From Candidatus Harrisonbacteria bacterium (GTDB lineage Bacteria; Patescibacteriota; Minisyncoccia; UBA6257; 1-14-0-10-40-38), in contig JAHFLD010000003.1 of the NCBI GenBank assembly GCA_023245035.1, positions 55,736 to 119,735 on the forward strand: 64,000 nucleotides of DNA, read 5' to 3'. Of this stretch, positions 57,796-64,000 are shown in pieces. Made by a program: the position numbers and the translations under genes. The notes under the pieces were generated by a model. That model ran no database searches, was not told where the DNA came from, and saw nothing but the letters and a program-made list of their open reading frames with translations. The number at the start of each line of letters is the position of its first letter. The stretch's first letter is position 1.

Positions 57796-59466
57796 ATGTT
57801 CATACCGGAGTTCAAACCCCAGCCGGGAGTCGCCCTGCTGTCGGTTTACGACAAGACTGGAATTGTGGAGTTTGCCAATGGCCTGATTGCCATGGGCTGG
57901 AAGATTATCGCTTCCGGCGGTACCGCCAAGGTTTTGCGCGAAGCCGGTTTGTTGATCGGGGACGTGTCGGAACTGGTTCATGGCGAGCCGATTCTCGGTC
58001 ATCGCGTGGTAACGCTTTCGCGCGAGATTCATGCCGGACTCTTGGCGCAAGACACTCACGAGCACGCGCTGGAACTTAAGAAGCTGGGAATTCCGCGGAT
58101 TGACTTGGTTTGCGTGGACTTGTACCCGCTTAGGGAGGCGATTGAAGCTCCGAATCGAACGATTCACTCGGTGATTGAGATGACCGATATTGGCGGGCCG
58201 ACGCTTTTGCGGAGCGCCGCCAAGGGTAACCGGATTGTGATTTCCCGAAGCATCGACCGGAGCGCCGTGCTTAGATGGCTTCAAAAAGGGATGCCAAACA
58301 AGGAGCAGATGCTGCGCCATTTGGCCGCCAGAGCGGAAGATGAAGTGGCAAGGTATTGCACCTGGTCGGCTTGGTTTCTTAGCGATGGGCGTTTTGATGG
58401 GTTGCTAGGCGAGCGGGCATTGAATTGCAAGTATGGCGAGAATCCTTGGCAGGAGGGGGCGGCGTTCTATACCGCCGGCAAGAAGGTTGACCATCTGGCG
58501 CTTGATAAGTTTATGGCCAGGCTCGGAACCGATCCGAGTTACAACAATTTGTGCGACTTGGATCGCGCGTTGCAGACCATGACGCACATGGCTGTCGCTC
58601 TTAATGCCGGGCCTTTAGCCATATCCGAGAAGAGTATCAAGCTGGCTTTGGCCGTTAAGCATGGTAATCCGTGCGGCGCGGCTTGGGGTTTTGGTTTGAC
58701 TGAAGAGGCGGATGTCGTTCGGCGAATGGTAGCGGGTGATCCGCGGGCAATCTTTGGCGGCCTGGTGATGACTAACTTTGTTTTGACGGATGCTTGCGTT
58801 GAGTTGCTTTTGCATCACGGCTTGCCTAGGGGACAGAAGCGGGTTTTGGATGTTGTGGCCGCGGCGGGTATTACTGAGGAAGCTCTTAAGCTATTGGAGC
58901 GTAAAAACGGCAAGTGTCGAGTGATGATTAATTCTGATTTGGATGACTGGTCATTGCTTGCTCGCTTGGACGATGCTCCGCGTTTTAGGATGGTGCGCGG
59001 CGGGTTCTTGGCGCAACCGAACTACGTCTTCGCGCTTCGCGATTGGGACCAGTATCAATTTGCTTGGCCAAAGAAGACTACTTCCGAAGAAAAGCTTCGC
59101 CTGATAGAAGATATGTTTATGGCGTGGGCGATCGGATCTACAAGCAACAGCAATACCGTGACATTGGTTCGCGACCGGACTTTGATTGGCAATGGAGTCG
59201 GTCAGCAAGATCGGGTTAGCTGTGCTGAACTGGCCGTGAAGCGAGCGCGGTCGGCGGGACACGCTACCAAGGGTGCCGTAGCTTACAGTGACAGCTTCTT
59301 CCCGTTTGTTGACGGTCCAGAGGTTTTGATCAAGGCCGGTATTGCCGCCATTATGGTATCAAGCGGTTCGGTGAACGATGAGAAGGTGGTGAAGTTGTGC
59401 GCGAGACGGGGGATTGGGTTGCTGATGCTTCCGGATGCCGAGTGCAGGGGTTTCTTTGGTCATTGA
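57796..59466 (+). CDS. purH: Bifunctional AICAR transformylase / IMP cyclohydrolase
   Basis: ALLSVYDKTG, ..GGTA, DIGGPT.LR.AAK, YGENP.Q, SYNN..D, KH.NPCG, SN, G.GQ..R, SD.FFPF.D. Confidence 0.93.
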   Translation: MFIPEFKPQPGVALLSVYDKTGIVEFANGLIAMGWKIIASGGTAKVLREAGLLIGDVSELVHGEPILGHRVVTLSREIHAGLLAQDTHEHALELKKLGIPRIDLVCVDLYPLREAIEAPNRTIHSVIEMTDIGGPTLLRSAAKGNRIVISRSIDRSAVLRWLQKGMPNKEQMLRHLAARAEDEVARYCTWSAWFLSDGRFDGLLGERALNCKYGENPWQEGAAFYTAGKKVDHLALDKFMARLGTDPSYNNLCDLDRALQTMTHMAVALNAGPLAISEKSIKLALAVKHGNPCGAAWGFGLTEEADVVRRMVAGDPRAIFGGLVMTNFVLTDACVELLLHHGLPRGQKRVLDVVAAAGITEEALKLLERKNGKCRVMINSDLDDWSLLARLDDAPRFRMVRGGFLAQPNYVFALRDWDQYQFAWPKKTTSEEKLRLIEDMFMAWAIGSTSNSNTVTLVRDRTLIGNGVGQQDRVSCAELAVKRARSAGHATKGAVAYSDSFFPFVDGPEVLIKAGIAAIMVSSGSVNDEKVVKLCARRGIGLLMLPDAECRGFFGH

Positions 59467-59574
59467 AAGTGGTTTCAAAGCTCGGGTTTTTACCCGGGCT
59501 TTTTTATTGGCGCATCACTTTCTATTTATCGTTTTTTGTGGTATTTTTTTTCTGTTCTGTGAGAGATTTTTTTT

Positions 59575-59645
59575 GCCCCTTTAGCTCAATGGCAGAGCGA
59601 TGCTTTTGTAAAGCATGGATGTCAGTTCGATTCTGACAAGGGGCT
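59575..59645 (+). tRNA. tRNA-Thr(TGT)
   Basis: GCCCCTT/AAGGGGC, anticodon arm ATGCT-TTTGTAA-AGCAT, TTCGATT; no encoded CCA. Confidence 0.93.
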
Positions 59646-59705
59646 CAAATTTATTAGTTTTGAGTACCTTCACCAAAGGGGGTATTGTGGTATTATGTAG
59701 AATGC

Positions 59706-60128
59706 ATGGATACTTGTATGGGTTGCAGAAAAACTCTTTCTGAGCGTCATCAAGTTAAATATTGTTCGAATAAATGTCAGACTGATTATCAATATAAATA
59801 CTGGGTGAAGCGCTGGAAGAATGGTTTTGTGAGTGGGGGTGTCGGAATTACTGTAAGAACTGTTTCTTCTCATTTAAAGCGGTACTTGAGCGAAAAATTT
59901 AATGATCGCTGTTCTATGTGTTGTTGGAATAAAAGACATCCAATAACTGGCGTTGTCCCTTTAGAAATTGATCACATCGATGGGAATGCAGAGAATAATA
60001 TTGAAAGAAATTTGAGACTACTTTGTCCGAATTGCCATGCCTTGACCCCTTTTTATAAGAATCTTAATAAGGGCAATGGGAGAAAATGGCGTATGGATAA
60101 ATATCTTCGCAACAAACCTACTAAATAA
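59706..60128 (+). CDS. HNH endonuclease with an N-terminal Zn-finger-like module
   Basis: CxxC..KYCSNKC; CxxC; LEIDHIDG...NN...NL..LCPNCH; AT-richer than neighbours. Confidence 0.9.
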   Translation: MDTCMGCRKTLSERHQVKYCSNKCQTDYQYKYWVKRWKNGFVSGGVGITVRTVSSHLKRYLSEKFNDRCSMCCWNKRHPITGVVPLEIDHIDGNAENNIERNLRLLCPNCHALTPFYKNLNKGNGRKWRMDKYLRNKPTK

Positions 60129-60194
60129 TACTTAAGATTTGAGAGCCGACTCCAGGTTTAGCTTGGTCTCTCTTTGTCTCTGTTCAATATTCAT

Positions 60195-60719
60195 ATGAAC
60201 CAGCCCCTTGTAATCAAAACTTTTGTGGCGATAAAAAATATCCGCTATTTGAATGTTTTTAACCGCCCAGCGCGAGGCCAGGCGATGGTCGGTATAATTA
60301 TATTTTCATTTTCGATTTGGTTTCTTGCTAATTCGGAGTTGGGGATCGGATTATATCTTTTTTTTGGTGTGGTTTTTGCGGTGACTTTTTATATCGCGGT
60401 GGTCCAGGTAATTAGGTTAAGACCCGGAATTATTGAGGCCACGGCCCGGGGGAATCTATTTGAGACCGAGAGATCTTACGATGGAACCAAAACTTTTTCT
60501 TCAAAAATACCCTCCATTGGCGGAGTTGTTGGCGTGGCTTTGTACGCCTTTCTTTCGCGTTTTGAGAATTCTGTTGTGGCTGGAGCCTTGCTTGGAATTA
60601 TTATGACCATAGGGCCTGCTTTGATTTTAGGCGTTAGTCTTGCCTATATTTATCTGGAACATAAGATTCAACGCCAGATATTGGTGCAGAGATATGAGGT
60701 TCTGAAAGTTAAGGAGTGA
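60195..60719 (+). CDS. Hypothetical membrane protein
   Basis: About 4 hydrophobic segments; no motif. Confidence 0.55.
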   Translation: MNQPLVIKTFVAIKNIRYLNVFNRPARGQAMVGIIIFSFSIWFLANSELGIGLYLFFGVVFAVTFYIAVVQVIRLRPGIIEATARGNLFETERSYDGTKTFSSKIPSIGGVVGVALYAFLSRFENSVVAGALLGIIMTIGPALILGVSLAYIYLEHKIQRQILVQRYEVLKVKE

Positions 60720-60759
60720 GCTCGGGGAATAACTTGGAGCTATCAAGCGAGTGCGCTCA

Positions 60760-60788
60760 TTGAAAGATTTGGCTATTTTACCTATACT
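60760..60788 (+). promoter_or_regulatory. Promoter for the tRNA-fragment / GIY-YIG / tRNA-Thr unit
   Basis: TTGAAA-17-TATACT. Confidence 0.55.
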
Positions 60789-60816
60789 CTCTGGAGTTCT
60801 TTGTGATTGCTGTTTT

Positions 60817-60871
60817 GCCAATGTAGCTCAGATGGTAGACCCGCCTGCCGGACGGGCAGGGCAACTCCATG
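60817..60871 (+). repeat. Duplicate of the 5' half of tRNA-Thr(GGT), interrupted by a 21-nt hairpin
   Basis: GCCAATGTAGCTCAGATGGTAGA [CCCGCCTGCCGGACGGGCAGG] GCAACTCCATG versus 61120-61153. Confidence 0.9.
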
Positions 60872-61129
60872 TATTATGTTTATGTTCTTAAAAGCTTAAG
60901 TGATCAAAAGCATTACACTGGAATGTCTATTGATCTTGAAAAAAGACTACGAAAGCATAATCGCGGCGCCAAGGGAACTCCATCAACTCGATCTCGCGGC
61001 CCGTTCTCATTAGTTTATTGCGAGAGAGTAGCTACTAGGGTAGAAGCAAGAAGAAGGGAGAAGTTTTTGAAATCAGGATTTGGCAGGGAGTTTATAAAGA
61101 ATTTTGTTGAAAAAGATTTGCCAATGTAG
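60869..61129 (+). CDS. Small standalone GIY-YIG nuclease (UPF0213/YhbQ-like)
   Basis: YVYVL....HYTG...L..RL..HN.G, T..R.P..LVY.E, A..RE..LKSG.GR. Confidence 0.92.
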   Translation: MYYVYVLKSLSDQKHYTGMSIDLEKRLRKHNRGAKGTPSTRSRGPFSLVYCERVATRVEARRREKFLKSGFGREFIKNFVEKDLPM

Positions 61130-61195
61130 CTCAGATGGTAGAGCAACTCCATGGTAAGGAGTAGGTCGCCGGTTCAATTCCGGCCATTGGCTCCA
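61120..61195 (+). tRNA. tRNA-Thr(GGT)
   Basis: GCCAATG/CATTGGC-T-CCA, anticodon arm ACTCC-ATGGTAA-GGAGT, TTCAATT. Confidence 0.94.
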
Positions 61196-61215
61196 AGATC
61201 AGCGCCGTAATTTCA

Positions 61216-61309
61216 CCGGTTCCCGGTTGCCGCTTTGGGGCGGCATTGCGATTTCTAAACGCTCAAGCCTTCGCGTAGAAATCGGGAACAATTCCGGCCA
61301 TTGGCTCCA
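61216..61309 (+). repeat. Duplicate of the 3' end of tRNA-Thr(GGT), interrupted in the T-loop by a structured insert
   Basis: CCGGTTC, ~67-nt insert, then CAATTCCGGCCATTGGCTCCA (61289-61309 = 61175-61195). Confidence 0.85.
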
Positions 61310-61394
61310 CCGGAAATGAAAGAAGGATGGGTCGGAGGGGTCGTTTTTTGTTTTTCTTGCTTTTTTGATCCCGATGTTTTAGAGTGTTCTAACT

Positions 61395-61565
61395 ATGTCC
61401 GAATCCAAGTTTTCTAAAAATCTCATTAAATTGCGCTGTGGCACCTGTAAGCGATTTAATTATTACACGCGCAAGAATGTGAAGCTGGTAACGCGCAAAA
61501 TTGAGTTGAGTAAGTTTTGCAAGTTTTGCCGGAAACATACCACCCACAAGGAGGCGAAGAGGTAG
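61395..61565 (+). CDS. rpmG: 50S ribosomal protein L33, not in the ORF track
   Basis: Hand translation ...IKLRCGTCKRFNYYTRKN......IELSKFCKFCRKHTTHKEAKR. Confidence 0.95.
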   Translation: MSESKFSKNLIKLRCGTCKRFNYYTRKNVKLVTRKIELSKFCKFCRKHTTHKEAKR

Positions 61566-61681
61566 GATTTTTATTAAGTCTAGAAATATAGCGAGTTAGT
61601 TATCGCGGATTTTTTTTAGGGTCTTGGTTGCCTAGCTTTTTTGTTTGGGTTAGGCTTGTTATTGGGTATCTTTTATAGTCT

Positions 61682-61752
61682 GGGAGCTTAAGTAAGTGGC
61701 ATACTGGCGGTCTCCAAAACCGCACTCGGGGGTTCGATTCCCTCAGCTCCCG
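61682..61752 (+). tRNA. tRNA-Trp(CCA)
   Basis: GGGAGCT/AGCTCCC, anticodon arm GCGGT-CTCCAAA-ACCGC, TTCGATT. Confidence 0.92.
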
Positions 61753-62041
61753 CAGTAGATATGAATTTCATTTGCTCAATTCTAGATGTTTTTATTATAC
61801 CGCTTAGCTATCTATTTATCATCCCTCTATCTTTGGGCATTGCGTATGATAGTCTAAAATCTAAAGATGAATCAAAACGAGAGAAGTTTTTTATTTTTGG
61901 CTTATTAGCTTGGTTTGTCGGTGGGCTGTCCTATGGTGAGTCGCCCGTTAGTTTTTGTTCTTGATTTTTTTCTATTTGGCGTCCAGGTCTTATTTACTTT
62001 TTTTCTTATGGCGTGTTAGCTTTAATATAGCTTTTATTCTT

Positions 62042-62122
62042 ATGAACAAAAAAACTAAAGTTGCTCGGAAGAAGCATCGCAGAAAGCAGGGGAGGAAAGT
62101 TCCTTCTTTGCGACATCGATAA
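62042..62122 (+). CDS. 26-aa very basic peptide (candidate)
   Basis: MNKKTKVARKKHRRKQGRKVPSLRHR followed at once by the hairpin AAACTAAGACCGCCC..GGGCGGTTTTAGTTT. Confidence 0.4.
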   Translation: MNKKTKVARKKHRRKQGRKVPSLRHR

Positions 62123-62264
62123 ACTAAGACCGCCCTATTGTGTTGGGGCGGTTTTAGTTTGGGATTAAAAAAAATTGTGCTGTTCCGTTTTTTAGGAAGC
62201 TCCGATGTTGCAATCGGAGCACTTGTTGTTTCTAAACTCGCTACGTTCGTTAAGAAAAACTAAG

Positions 62265-62336
62265 TGCGCGTGGAAGGAATCGAACCTTCGACCCCAGTCT
62301 TATCAGGACTGTGCTCTACCACTGAGCTACACGCGC
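62265..62336 (-). tRNA. tRNA-Ile(GAT)
   Basis: GCGCGTG/CACGCGC-A, anticodon arm CAGTC-CTGATAA-GACTG, TTCGATT. Confidence 0.94.
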
Positions 62337-62378
62337 GTTATTTTTTTATGCTTTGCGTATTACGGGTGCTTGGTGGAT

Positions 62379-62597
62379 CTATTGTGGCGTAACATGATCC
62401 ACGGCCTGTTTGAGAGCCGAGACGTCCAAAGTTTCACCAATTTGGGTTTTTGGGGTTTTTCCCGAGAGTGCGTCGCTCGTTTCTCGCATGAGTGTTCGCA
62501 CTGATTGGATAGTATATCCCAGGAGAATTAAAAGTAAAATACTGGCGATTACCCAGAGTATGGTTTCGTTTCGCTTGGGCGTGATGTCTTTAAGCAT
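62379..62597 (-). CDS. Small single-TM hypothetical protein
   Basis: 72 aa, one TM, 3 nt downstream of the PilO-like gene. Confidence 0.6.
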   Translation of the reverse strand: MLKDITPKRNETILWVIASILLLILLGYTIQSVRTLMRETSDALSGKTPKTQIGETLDVSALKQAVDHVTPQ

Positions 62598-62600
62598 AGA

Positions 62601-63140
62601 TTAATTTTTGGAAAAGAGTTTTCCGCTTACGGCCAACGAGGACTTATTTTCTTCGCCGCTCACATTGACGGAATCAAGACTCATAAGGTAGGGGAGTTTT
62701 TTTAACTTGTCCATAAAAGAGATCAAGGTTTCTATGGCGCCGTCGGTGGTTAATTGAAAGGCGATGCCGGGAAGCGAATTGTCTTCGGCTTCAAACTCGG
62801 TGCCTAAGGTCATCACGGCGTTCACTCCCAGCTTTTGCGCTTCCAGGCGAATTTCTTTGGGAACTTTTAAGAGGCGGTCGCGGGTTGGCAGAATTTGATT
62901 GAGAGTTGCCCGTTCTATTTCAGTTCCCCCAAAGGCTTTCTTTAGTTCCGCGAGATTGTTTACCGAATCCCCATAGGCGCCAATGGCGCGATTTTTTTCC
63001 ACAACCAGACTGATTTTATTGGCGGTTCCGGTTCGCAGAAAGATGGTGGCGGTAATAATCAGAATACCGACAAAAAAAGTGATGCCGATATGTGTCAGCA
63101 AGCGCATGCCAAAACTTGAGGCGCTTTTTTCGTTGGGCAT
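62601..63140 (-). CDS. PilO/GspM-like pilus assembly protein
   Basis: TM, coiled coil, 'ILP', then 'F.L...G....L..F...L..LPYL..LD.V'. Confidence 0.7.
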   Translation of the reverse strand: MPNEKSASSFGMRLLTHIGITFFVGILIITATIFLRTGTANKISLVVEKNRAIGAYGDSVNNLAELKKAFGGTEIERATLNQILPTRDRLLKVPKEIRLEAQKLGVNAVMTLGTEFEAEDNSLPGIAFQLTTDGAIETLISFMDKLKKLPYLMSLDSVNVSGEENKSSLAVSGKLFSKN

Positions 63141-63253
63141 TTTTTTTGAATAAGCCTTCCGCCGGATTAACTTTTCATAAAATCCAGTCACGGGGGTGAA
63201 AAGGATTAGGTAAAGAATTAGGCGGCGGGTCTAGTGAATGATAGCATATTTTT

Positions 63254-64000
63254 ATGGAGGCTAATGAGGAGCGTTATTTTCACGCGCTCGCCGTCGCGCT
63301 TGACGGGAGCTATCGCGCCTTGCAGTCTTTGTCGGAAAAGCACGCTTCTTGGAAGAAGGCTTGGCTTGCGCTCGGACGACCGCATCAAGAAGTTGAGAAG
63401 TTGTGGCGCGAGGTTGCTCACACCGGAACGCGCTTGATATTGCGCAATGATCCGGAATTTCCGTCTTCTCTGTCGCAGATTCCCCAGCCGCCGTTGGCGC
63501 TTTACATTCGCGGGAAGCTTCCTGATTTTTCGAAGGCCATAGCGATTGTCGGGACTCGCCGAGCGACTGCGGAGGGCAGGGCGCTGGCTTCGTCTTTGGC
63601 CGAGGATTTTGTCCGCGCGGGTTTTGTGGTGGTAAGCGGATTGGCGTTGGGAATTGACGCCGCCGCTCATGAGGGCGCGGTCCGCGTCCAAGGTTCAACG
63701 GTGGCGGTGATCGCGAGCGGGGCGGATGTTATTTCTCCGCGACAAAATGAGCGTTTGGGCGAGTCGTTGCTCGCGCGAGGCGCCATTGTTTCGGAATATC
63801 CCTGCGGGTCTGAAGCCATTGCATATCGTTTTTTGGAGAGAAATAGGATTGTAAGCGGACTCGCTTTGGGAGTGGTGGTGATTGAAGCTCCGGAGTCTTC
63901 GGGGGCGCTCGTAACCGCGAGATTTGCCCTGGAGCAGGGAAGGGATGTTTTTGTGGTTCCGGGGAGCGTGAGACATCCGAATTACCGAGGTTCTCACGCT
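63254..64000 (+). CDS. dprA: DNA-processing protein DprA (runs off the window; not in the ORF track)
   Basis: Hand translation: 'FP..L.QIPQPPLALYIRG', 'IAIVGTRRAT', 'VVSGLALGIDAAAH', 'RNRIVSGL', 'SGAL.TA'. Confidence 0.95.
   Translation, partial: MEANEERYFHALAVALDGSYRALQSLSEKHASWKKAWLALGRPHQEVEKLWREVAHTGTRLILRNDPEFPSSLSQIPQPPLALYIRGKLPDFSKAIAIVGTRRATAEGRALASSLAEDFVRAGFVVVSGLALGIDAAAHEGAVRVQGSTVAVIASGADVISPRQNERLGESLLARGAIVSEYPCGSEAIAYRFLERNRIVSGLALGVVVIEAPESSGALVTARFALEQGRDVFVVPGSVRHPNYRGSHA

Noticed and set aside
60817-61195. Intron-containing or split tRNA-Thr
   Set aside because: The downstream tRNA is already complete and the upstream copy has a disrupted D-arm; no group I core.
60817-61309. 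Prophage or integrative island attL/attR at tRNA-Thr
   Set aside because: No integrase or phage genes; the enclosed segments are only about 100-300 nt.
61761-62030. Small hydrophobic ORF after tRNA-Trp as secE
   Set aside because: No SecE 'E..KV.WP' motif; it may be a degraded membrane-protein gene, but support is too weak.

Overview
Core chromosome segment from a reduced-genome bacterium that looks like Patescibacteria/CPR (Parcubacteria-type). The inference rests on a 23S-5S unit with no linked 16S, rRNA introns, shortened AlaS/SecA/RpoA/EF-Ts and mostly SD-less core genes; code 11 fits. It carries rpoBC, rpsF-ssb-rpsR, the infA-rpsI alpha cluster, two mreB paralogues with mreCD-mrdA, rodA-mltG, alaS, proS, secA, rpsB-tsf, purH, dprA, six tRNAs and a ~3.9-kb 23S rRNA gene. 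Four things stand out. (1) One 101-nt CGAAT/ATTCG ladder hairpin is inserted three times at the tips of three different 23S helices, alongside two ORF-less group I introns. (2) A small GIY-YIG nuclease takes its start codon from a partial tRNA-Thr duplicate and its stop codon from the intact tRNA-Thr; both partial tRNA duplicates are interrupted by hairpins. An HNH nuclease follows the other tRNA-Thr. (3) Small structured repeat elements are dispersed around tRNAs and in-frame inside proS and secA. (4) Lone accessory genes share a promoter + boxA-like + SD leader, and two of them resemble DGR variable proteins. All calls were made by eye; no database search was run.
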